A DNA stretch of 58,806 bases, filler included, from Gonapodya sp. JEL0774 (taxonomy: Eukaryota): assembly GCA_027604505.1 (NCBI GenBank). It is 8 parts of 8 records of this genome, joined end to end, with 100 filler letters (N's around TTAATTAATTAA, not from the genome) between each part and the next. Parts side by side here need not be neighbours in the genome. Positions count along the whole stretch, not along the records: positions 44,228 to 51,474 come from JADIIX010000519.1; positions 51,575 to 58,806 come from JADIIX010000520.1; 6 more parts are not named here. One strand, written 5' to 3'. The translations under genes and the position numbers were made by a program. Below are positions 48,953 through 58,806 of this stretch, one piece after another. Position 1 is the first letter of the stretch, and every line of letters begins with the position of its first letter. The notes beneath the pieces are model-generated. The model was given only the letters and a program-made list of their open reading frames with translations, did no database searches and was not told the origin of the DNA.

Positions 48953-50424
48953 ATGAAAGTGTCTGCCCCTCACCACGCGCCAAAGCTTACGGTGCCATCT
49001 AAAGTATCTGGATCAAAGGCGTACAAAACGCTCATGGAGTACGGAGTGGATGTCTCCCGGTTCTCTCCCGGGAATCGCAATGAATTGCAGAAGCTGAAAG
49101 ACATCTACAAGAAGTTTTACCACGACTGGACAAAAGGGGGCCGCAAAACCCCAACACAGTGGAGATGGGATGATGCAGCTTTCCAGGCTGCACTTGCAGA
49201 AGTTTCTCCCTGTCCAAATGAAGCATGGCAGGGGCAACAAGTAAACCTGCAGGTGGAAACACCAGAGCACATTGAGAGATTCCACTATAGGAGTGTGAGT
49301 ACAAAGAATTCTCATTTATGAGCAACGTTTATCCCATCATAATGTTGTCCTGCGAGCCATTAGGCAGTGCTTTACAAGATTCTCAGTGAGCCCTTCATGT
49401 CGGCAATGGTGAGTATGAGACAGGTCGACGAGCTCTACGAGCTTCTTTTGGCGCGATTGGAAAGCCAAGGAGAAAGTGGTAAGTAGATTGGAAATAACGC
49501 TGCATTGCCTGTCTGGTGGTCTAACGAAGTGAAACATTTTTTCGTGGGTCCTGTTCAGCTGTTGGTCATTTCACTCCCCGTCATTGGTTCCCGCTCGTCC
49601 TTACCATTTCCAGGAAACAAAGGAAGTCTTGTGCTTACCACAGGGTCCAGCTTGGCATCAATGCCTCCACTAACAGGCAACCAAATGAACTTTCAGAGGC
49701 AAACTTCCTCAATACGAGTAGCAGTGGATTTGGATGCCTTTCAAACCCACCTGAATCCCCCCTCGCCATCAAGTTACAAGCTTCCACACAGTAAAAGAAA
49801 ACAGACAGACTCAAACAGCACCTGGGCGAGCATTGACACAGTGCGGGGTGGTCAATTGGAGCGGCAAAGGCAGGAACAAAGATGGATCTGCAAAAGTCAG
49901 TGGAGCAGTCCATTTAAACAAACTCAGTCACGTAGAAAAGTGGGTGAAGAATTCACATATGATACCTTATGTTGATCACAGTTCAATTTTGGACACAACA
50001 GGGTCTCTCAGACTATCTTGCCATTCAATATGAAGATGATCGGGATGCTTTTGAGAACAATCATCCATCCAAGGTTGCAACCACAAATAAAAAAGTGGCG
50101 CAGCTCTGGAGGCAGCAGTGCTGGTGGGAACGCATTGAGGAATTAAAAAAGGACAGACGCATGCCGTGGCTGTGAGGTATTACTTCTGGGACCGATACAA
50201 TAAACACTGGAATGTGTCCATCCGTCTACAAGACAGGGAAGTCCTTATATCTGCGGATCACTGAGATCAAGAAGTTCTTGAAAGATGAAGCAGAATCTAA
50301 AGAAACTCCTGAGGAGGATCGTGCTTATCTTTGGGAAACATCCGCACAGCTTTTCCAGCTGAGAAAGATTCAGAATTGGGACCCCAATGCAAATCAACCG
50401 TTTGAAACAACAGCGTTCAGATAA
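48953..50424 (+). CDS. Uncharacterised multi-exon ORF convergent with the tyrosine recombinase (possibly decayed)
   Basis: Chain of protein-like ORFs with GTGAGT donors; at least one in-frame TGA (~50173). Confidence 0.3.
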
Positions 50425-50467
50425 TGAAAACGAAATCTATTTTGTTAATACAAAACTATATTGACAA

Positions 50468-51215
50468 CTACTCTGAATCTGGCATGGCCGGCCTCAAAGC
50501 AGTGAAAATAGCATTGGTGGCGGCAACTTGCATGAGCTGCTCCCTCACAAGATCATCACCAGTTGCCAGAAACAGCTGGTCTGGCTGCTTCGCCCCATCG
50601 TCATCCCATCCAAGAAGATAAATGATGACAGTCAGATTTTCTGTGAACGTCCAGCCTCCCAGCCAACATATACCACGCAAATCCAGACGATATCTCTCAC
50701 TTGAGTAAGAGTAGTACCATTGAGCACCACCTCGGCGAAAGGAATGAGTACCATAGAGGAGGTGCTGCTTGCCGAGAACAGTAAGATCATCCTTGAAGGA
50801 TCGGAAAAAGGCATCATACGTCTGATTGACATGAAGAAAACATTTGGTGTTAGGAGCCATATCATGACTGCGGGATTCCATGTTGCAGTCCTTACACGAG
50901 GCTTCCCAAACTCATAAGCCGGATTTGTGCCACCAGATATTGGGACACAGAGTGGTCCTTTGTAGTAGCCTTGATGTCCGGAAGCTTTCCATGCCTCGTT
51001 GAGATCGTATATCAAGGTGAGGAATCCGCGGTACGGACAGAGATGAGGAAGATCATTTGCCCATGGAAAAACCACAGTGAAATCTGGTGGACGACCAAGT
51101 ACAAACCCACTGGTGAGATTAGATCACAGAGCTAACACACCTCAAAGTTCAAGTTGTCCACCACAGACTCACCGCGATCCTGATGTGTTTTGCGCTGGGT
51201 CAGTTGTAGAGTCAC
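50468..51215 (-). mobile_element. Intron-containing tyrosine recombinase, C-terminal catalytic half (Crypton-like)
   Basis: TLQLTQRKTHQ (catalytic K region), HLCPYR, THSFRRGGAQ (HxxR), WLGGW, VIIYL (catalytic Y); 5' part lost at contig edge or decayed. Confidence 0.75.
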
Positions 51216-51574
51216 ACTGTTAGTGTTTACTGTGCCGAGTTTGATGTCAGAAACCTGCATATTGAGAACTTCATTGACGCGGAACATTGCTTGGAAGAGA
51301 ATGGTGTACATAGCCTCAACAAGATGGAATGATAATTGCGGTTACAAACATGTGTGAAGTCTTGGATGATACCATTGGTGACACAATAATTTGTATTCAC
51401 TGGATTTGGACTCCAGAGATGATTTGGGGAAGTGGTTGGATGAGTCATCACTGTGGCCTGTGTGGCACAGCAGGNNNNNNNNNNNNNNNNNNNNNNNNNN
51501 NNNNNNNNNNNNNNNNNNTTAATTAATTAANNNNNNNNNNNNNNNNNNNNNNNNNNNNNNNNNNNNNNNNNNNN

Positions 51575-54500
51575 CGTGGCCGACCCATTCTCCATCCCAC
51601 TTTTGTAAGACTTCGGAAGGACACGTTTCACTTGAGGCTTTGTGACAGTTGTGCTGGAGGCCGGAATCAAAAATTTACCCTTCGCTGCAACGTGATCCGA
51701 TTGAGTGTCGTAGGGGAGCCTGCGAACTGGTTCATCGACGTTGAGCGAAGCTTTCGCAGGAGCCGCCTGAGCAGCAGGTGGAGGGTGCTTTGGTGTCAGC
51801 ATTTTCGAAATACTTGGTTGATGCAAGATTTGGGGTGACTTTTGAGCCAATGGGGAAGCAGCACTATGAGATAGCTTGGCCGTTGGTGCCGGTGGGTCCA
51901 TTGTCAAGTCGATCAAGAACGTCGGTTCCAATTTCTTCCGGAGGAGCAAACGTAGATCAGCTTCTACGCGATTATTTGTCTGCTTGGTGGCGACTTTTAT
52001 TAACCGTTCGCGAACCTCCTATTTACTCAGACGATAGATATCAGTCGGAGCAATGAGATGGATGTGGTCGACCTTCACACTCACATCATGCAAGAAGGTG
52101 GGTACCATTGCAACAACGCACTTGAGCGCGGCGATCGTCACAGCGTCATCAGCAGCTCTGGTCCAGCGAGCGGCAGCCACGAGAATCGCCTTCGCGTGTG
52201 TCATTGCGTCCTCGTCCAGAAGAGCCGGTGCAAGAAAGCCCCTGGTCGAGATTACCAATACCAAACCGAGAATCTTGTTGATGAGTGGAATCATTTGTTC
52301 GGCCTCAATGAGGTCCTTTGTTGTCCAGCTGACTGTACACTCAAACAGGACGCTGGTGGATCGACCGTATCAGAATACATCCAACTTCGTCGAAAGCGCC
52401 CTAAGTGACGTCGAAACTGACCTCAAAAAGGCCAGTAATCTGCCAATAAACAGTGTCCAAACATTGCCATAAGAAGTAGGGGTCACTACTGCAGCAATGT
52501 ATGCCAATGCTTCAATGATATGTTCTGCTGACTCGTTGAGTACGAGGTTTTCGGACGCAAGCGCGACCCAATCTTCTGTAGAGTTCTTCAGCTGTTCCAA
52601 AAGATTTTGAGCTACCAGACGGAAACATAGAAGGGGGAAAATTCAGAATTCACATTTAACTCAGCTGTGGGCGGTGACAAAACGCTTTACTGACACTAAA
52701 AACTCACCAACTTCATTGGAAGTGCCAAATACTTTTTTGAACGCGCTCGCGGGCGATCGGTCCTGAAAGGTAATCTCGAGCAGCTTGAGCCCAGCCAAAG
52801 CAAGCCTCTTGTGGCTTGTGCAGAGGAGTGGTGCCACAATGTCTCCAACAACATCCCGCCAGTCTGACAGAGAGCCATCAGATTCAGCAGAGCCAAGTAT
52901 CGATTCAACGGTCAAGACAATTTTGGAAACTGCGAGAGATATGACGTGAGGAATATTTTTGGACGGCAGTAGAGCCACTCTTGCAAAGTGCGAGAGGACG
53001 GTGAGATGCATCGATATAGTCGGGGTAGTCCCATCTTCTGTGGCCGGGTGTCTGAAAGTACACTCCGCTACGGCAGTCCATGTTTGTTCGTGCAATTCTA
53101 ATCGGTCGCTCATTCCACCACGAGCCAAATCTTCAACTGTGCGGCGAACTCTCGCCACATCAGTTTCGAGAATCTCTTGTACATATTCCAGCAACTGAAA
53201 TCGCTGTTCCGTGGATTGCATATTCCATCCACGGACAGCGGTTTGCAGTGCACCATCCACTACCGCCAAGGAGAGGGACTTCCGGTGCTCTTTGCAATCA
53301 CAGAGAACGGACATCAAAAAGATTCTAATGGCTCGAACGTATTCACTATCCGGAGATCCTGCTCTCGTCACCATCCTGATGACAGTGGTTAAGACTTGAG
53401 ACACCCGCCCTCCGGAAGTGACGCCCAGGAGTGCCATCCGAACGAACTCAAGAATATCTGTCGCATCTTCCATTTGCAAGTCCACAAAGGTTGATTGTCT
53501 TTCGAGCGCATCCAGAATACTGTCAACGAACCCGGCCAACTCTTCCGGATTGACCCCAACCTCCTCAAACGACTGCCAAAGGTAGAGTGGGTCAAATTCA
53601 CCTGCTTTGTGAAAAGCAATCCAAAAAAGCATAAGTCGCATAATGTCATTGCTGTTTGACGCTTCCGGGGAGGACCGGACTGCATTTGCTGCCTTGAGAA
53701 AACACTGAGCGAACAATGGCGCGAATCGGGGAAAGGATTGTGCAAAGAGCTGCACGGTTTCGGTCTTAAAGGACTCGAAAAGGGCAAAAAAACCCATAGA
53801 GTACGAGCTCACAGCCCTCACGAGATTAAACCGGAGAGGTTCGTTGTCAGTCACTGCACACTTTGCAAAACCATCTACGACCCCGGTGAGCACGCCACGT
53901 AAGTCTTCGAGGTCATCGGGAAGAATTTTACTTCTCATTTTCTGCATTTGGCGCTTGACTTGGTTTCTAGCTTCCTTCCTCGCGTGAAACAGTAGGAGAA
54001 TGGGCCCGGGGCGAACACCATCCATCGCCAGCCGAGTTCCAACACCAAGAAACAAATGCACGAATAGTTCATCAATCACCCGATTCTCCAACAAAAGTTC
54101 GGGAAACTCCAAAATCTCGGTGATGATAGGCAAACAATCATCAGCGAGGGCTTTATAACGGGGTGTCGGGTCCAGCTCTAAGTCACCATCCAGCCCTTCG
54201 TCCCCTGACTCCTGTGTATCCCTCAGTGTTTTTAAGTCTTGTAAGACTTGCAGCTCCGATACAGCCCACTTGAGTCTCTCGATAACCCGCTCAACATCCC
54301 ACTTGTGTATGTCTGACATCACCATTTCGAGCCCTCCCCGGTCCGCGCCCCGCTCTATGGACACATTGAAGAAGTCACGCTTGCATGTAGTGTGATACTC
54401 TGCCACGCAGTCTCCACATGTGGCGAGACTCTTCTTGAAGCGATTCAAGACGAAGTGCGCGTCCTCGTGCTCGGTTGAGAAGAGCAGCAGCAGTTCCGCC

Positions 54501-54739
54501 GCCAGGAGTCTGTGTTGGCAAAATATATGCGCAAATCGAGCAGGTGACTTTTTGATGGCGGCAGTGGCTGTCGAGAGAAAATCGCTGGCAGAAGGTTCAA
54601 TCAAATGTTTGATCCTAGAAGTCCAATCGAGCGAATTGTATTGATTCGCGTACCTCGCGGCTCCATCTCCATGAGGATTCTTCTGAAACACTTGCAGTGC
54701 TATCTTCAGCTTTTTGTCGTCGTCGTCCTCGGGTTCCAT
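51575..54739 (-). CDS. SEN1: Sen1/senataxin helicase, N-terminal domain (3' part off contig)
   Basis: HIFCQH...LLLLFS...LATCGDCVAEYH...WDVERV...EILEFPELL...PGPILLLF pattern of Sen1_N. Confidence 0.7.
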
Positions 54740-56302
54740 CGAAGTGCCAGGTTCTGAGTTTGGTCTTTGCGAAGTTCACTTCGTGCAGGTCCACCAGACT
54801 GAGTCCATCCACCCCATGTATGTACCACCACATGCACAGGGTCAATAATTATTCTGCTCTGCAGTTTTACGCTCCGCTTTTGCTGCCAAACGCGTGAATA
54901 TCAAATGTCTATATATATAGAGAGAGTTTGTTCTAGTTTGAGTCGTTGCCTCAATGAGTCAGATGTATATCCGAGGCAGCGGCTGAGAGCTTGAAACAGG
55001 TGCGTCGAGTCCGGACTATTTGCATATATGGAGATTCGCAGATATGTTTGCTTGCCGTCTTACTTGTCTAAGAAAGGCTGAAGACCCCACTGTCTTCCGG
55101 GCTAATCGAGTACAGGAAGCCAACAGGTAACAACAATTGGGATTGAGATGATTAGATTTGTTGGCGTCATTTCGGGATGCACCGGTGCTTTTTTTCCACT
55201 CGTCCGGCCTTCCACCGACGTTGCCCTGCGCTGCTGCCTGGTGGATTATCCTGATCTTGATACAAATTGTTCGTCTCGGAACAGGCCGCGTTCGGATTTG
55301 ACGAGTATGTATCTCAATAACTTGGATCCGATCCCTGATTTTTGTGGCGGTTGAAGGAGAATCGAAAGCGTCGCAACGATTCTCCTCTGAAAATTGGGAA
55401 CCCCTACAATTCAGATGTGAAACAGTTTTCCCGGTCGCTATAAGCACCATTTGGGTCAATCGCCATGACACAGCACTAAAGACTTTTAGAATGCTTTGCT
55501 TTCTGGTGCTCAAGGTGCCCAAAGCTGGTAGGGAACGTGAATTCTCGAATGAAACCTGTCTCTCCCTGACTTGGACCCGTGATCGGACCCTTGGACCTTA
55601 TCGGGGTCTCGAGCAGAATAGTGGCACGTCATGTCTTCAAATTTCCTGTACCAGTCACAAAACTACAGTAGTACATATGCTTGTGCTGATCTGAGATTTG
55701 AAGGTTTGCTGCTTCAGAATTGCAAGCTCAGCAACATTTCACCTCAGAACATTGCTGCGAAACCTCTACTTTTCAGAGGTGAAGACGTTTGGCAGTCGCT
55801 CCGAATCAGAATGTGCTCTATGCCCACGCCAATACAGACCATGGAGCATTCGTTCATTGCCTTCTGCCGGTGAAACGTTCAAAGCGGGAGAAAGATTCTC
55901 AACCCAAAGACAAGGATGACGATCAGAAGAGAGCGTGAAAAGTCAGGGCTTCCGTGCGGCATTCAGTCGGTCACGTATAGGGATCGCTTCTCTACACAAA
56001 TGGAGCACGCGCACAGCAAGTCCATTTACGAAAGAACCACAACCTATACACGAAAACTAATGTACAATTCAACAAATGCATCTATGATGACAGCAGAGAA
56101 GCACGGTTGGAAGATTCAATGACCTCCTTGAAAGACTTCACCAAATGACAATGTTCCAAAACCGAGTTCCAAATTCAAACAGAACCCAATGACCATATCA
56201 CCAACTCCACGCTTTAGAGGCCAGTACTGGCGATCTTAAATGAAGCACAGCAAGGCAGTCCCTGTATACTCTCCGCAAATCATCCTCACGAATCGTTCCA
56301 TT

Positions 56303-57804
56303 CTACCGCACACCTACGCCTGCTGACCTGGAGCTCCCACTCGAGCCGTTCATGTCCTGGAGAACGATCACCACCTCCCCCTCTTCCTCTTTCCCATTGC
56401 CCTTCCCCTCAATCGTTTCGTGAATTCGTGTCTCTTGCTCCTCTTCCTCTCGCTTTGCTGCTTGCCTTTCGGCAGCCTCTCGTTCCATCTCCTTTCGAGC
56501 ACGGTACTCGGCCTCCTCACGCTGCCTGCGAGTAGCGACCATGGTCGTAATGAGTTCTTGGCGTTGAAGTTCCGAGTCTGACGGATAAAGTGCAAGTGTT
56601 GAGCGCGTTTTGCGAACTGACAGTTTGTCTCCCCAGTTCAAGAGGAGATTCCCTCCACGAATGCCACGATAGAGCCGCTCTAGACCATTGCAAACAAAAA
56701 CTCCTTTGTTTGCCTCCTTTGCTAAATTCTGATATGCTCCAGCCAAGTTGCCGAGCTTCACATCGATCTTCCCACGGACCACTCACCCGGCCAGAACGAG
56801 TCCGCGAACAGTTTGAACCTCTCCCCTCGTTCAATGAGCCCGTATGCATAGAGCATGGGAAGTCCAGAGGTGCTTGTGCCGAATGCGGATGAGTGGTAGA
56901 TGATATCTGGTGTGGTACAGGAAGAGTGAGGCGACAGTGAAGATGTGAGTGTGGAGCGTCGGAAAAGGAAAAACCATGCAGCGTGCAAAGATGGTTTGAA
57001 TGAAATACAGGTCTGTGAATTGGGGTCACGGTGTCATCCCTGACAGCTTTGCGTGCATCACGTCATTCCGCCCAAAGTCAATTCGAAAATCGAATGTATG
57101 CAGGCCCCGAGGAAGCACGCGAACGCGAGCACACGCGCTACGAGCATTTCGCCCTTCCTACAAGCTGACTCCCGGAATATTGGCTTCCTGATACGAAGTC
57201 AAAGTTTTGCTTGGAGGCGGTGCACGTCACCAACCAAAAATCACCGGCCTTGGCAAACGTCCGCGAAATTAGCATAGCGATATAGATCAGCGATGACAGG
57301 ACGAATGTCGAACTCCGCGGCTGAGGTGCAAGATCGGCGGAAAAGGGAGTTCACCCGTTCAGGGTAAACTTCAACAGCGAGAGAGGGAGCAAGACACGAG
57401 AGTTCTGAGAGCACCAAGCGAGCAAGGCTTCTTGTCATGTGTACAATGGCGTTCCGCGTCCGGTCTGACAGCGATGACTCGAAATCAGCTGAGCCCTGGA
57501 CGCGAAAGTACTCACCCCGTTTGGTCAAACTCTCTTTCCATTCTTCCTGCTGAGTTTTAAACCACTCCTTAACGGATCCCTTTTCAGTCATGGCACCACA
57601 GACCGATGCTACGTAGTCTTCAGAGTAGCCGAGCTTTCGCAGATCCTCAGCCAGTTTTGTCGGATCTGCATCCGGAGAGTTGTCACCACCAAGAGAAACC
57701 ACGGAGGACTTGCGGGATCGGGTTGACCGGATGGCAGGAAATTGGGATTTGGCGTGTGATACAAACCGGCGCCATGTTGAGGGCTCGCGGTTTTGCGATG
57801 TCAT
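56303..57804 (-). CDS. Hypothetical multi-exon protein with C-terminal charged coiled coil
   Basis: ORFs 57241-57804 and 56303-56782 on the same strand with GTGAG donors; EEAEYRARKEMEREAAERQ. Confidence 0.5.
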
Positions 57805-58193
57805 TTGTGTATTGCGAGGTGCGGGCGGTGTTTTTCATGATGCTGGGGAGCAGTTCCAGGAGGCTCCCATCCATAGAGAAATAACCAATTTTATATTCAC
57901 TTTACTCGACAGAAGGACCGAAGATAACAAGCAGTGCCAAGGAAAACCGAGCGAACGAGCGTTTTTTCCTTACCGTGGTGTCAGGTTTTGAATGATGAAG
58001 AGTTCGAACAACATGGATGTACTCACCGATTACCTAAGCGATTTTAAGTAGGTGCAGAAAGAATCAAATTAGCCCAAGCATGTGCCTGTTCTTCACTGGG
58101 GATGTTGTTCGTTCGTGGCTACAATTTGAGTGCGGAGAGTAGTGCGCAGCACCTCAACCAAAACCCACTTCCTCTTGATTTCCACCATTCGCT

Positions 58194-58734
58194 ATGTCTG
58201 GAGGCAGCGGCGACGTTTCGCTTTCGATTGAAGAGACGAACAAACTGCGCATCTCTCTTGGGCTGAAGCCACTTCAGGTCGATGGGGACGACGCTGGTGG
58301 GACGGGAGAGTCTGCTTCAAAGGACGACGATGCCGAAGCAGAGGAAAATTACACGCAATATCGACAGCGCCAGAAGGACGACGTTGCACGTACAACAGCT
58401 CTCGACCGCATTGCGCGTAACAGGAACAAACGATTGCTCAATGCTCGCCTTGCCGGAGCGACACTCGCATCAGAGCGTCTCGCAGACGAGGTTGGAGCCG
58501 GTGGTACTGACGTAGATGACCCTTTGTCTTGGGTAAAAAGGTCTCGGCAAAGACAAGTGGAACTGGCGGAACGCCGTAGGAAAGAACAGGAGGAGGCCGA
58601 TCTCAAAGCACAAGAGGACGCGAAGCGGGAATACGTCGTGTCTGGGGTCCGTGTGGGGCACAAAGCAGATGATCTAGTGGACGCTGGCGAGTCTATCCTC
58701 GTGCTCAAAGACTCAACGATAGAGGAGAACGAAG
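58194..58734 (+). CDS. SNU66: U4/U6.U5 tri-snRNP protein Snu66/SART1, first exon
   Basis: MSGGSGDVSLSIEETNKLRISLGLKPL (HIND motif), GVRVGHK, ILVLKDSTIEENE then GTGAGT donor. Confidence 0.9.
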
Positions 58735-58806
58735 GTGAGTTGTGGTGTCTGTGCTTGCCCGCCTTTCTCGCTCAGGGGTTGAGAGTTCAGAAGAGCTTCA
58801 CCACAT

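Overview
This is eukaryotic, intron-rich DNA, probably from an early-diverging zoosporic fungus such as a chytrid or monoblepharid (inference). The window is not one locus. It is 8 contigs joined by 100-nt N-TTAATTAATTAA-N spacers and sorted by decreasing length (7287, 7286, 7273, 7264, 7260, 7257, 7247, 7232 nt), so neighbouring contigs are not evidence of linkage. Ordinary genes include an Mpr1-like GNAT, BKACE/DUF849, an Ale1-like MBOAT, a class III aminotransferase, glycogenin, an SDR, a BVMO/FMO, an ankyrin-coil-SH3 protein, the Sen1 N-terminus and Snu66/SART1. There are three highlights. (1) Two independent genes have the architecture MLKL-like N-terminal helical domain, TKL kinase, (SEL1 in one), then an RI/NLRC3-type LRR array. 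Each 28-aa LRR is its own 84-nt phase-1 exon, variation concentrates in the LxLxxN strand and at the split junction codon, and one gene is bracketed by ~165-bp inverted repeats. This is a candidate diversifying sensor-kinase-executioner immune receptor system. (2) Two intronless, virus-like Prim-Pol/D5 primase-helicase genes occur, one with iteron-like repeats and intronless cargo ORFs and one head-to-head with the second kinase-LRR gene. (3) One contig is a decayed transposon cluster: a LINE RT remnant, Harbinger, and a Crypton-like tyrosine recombinase. All calls come from reading motifs by eye; no database searches were run.
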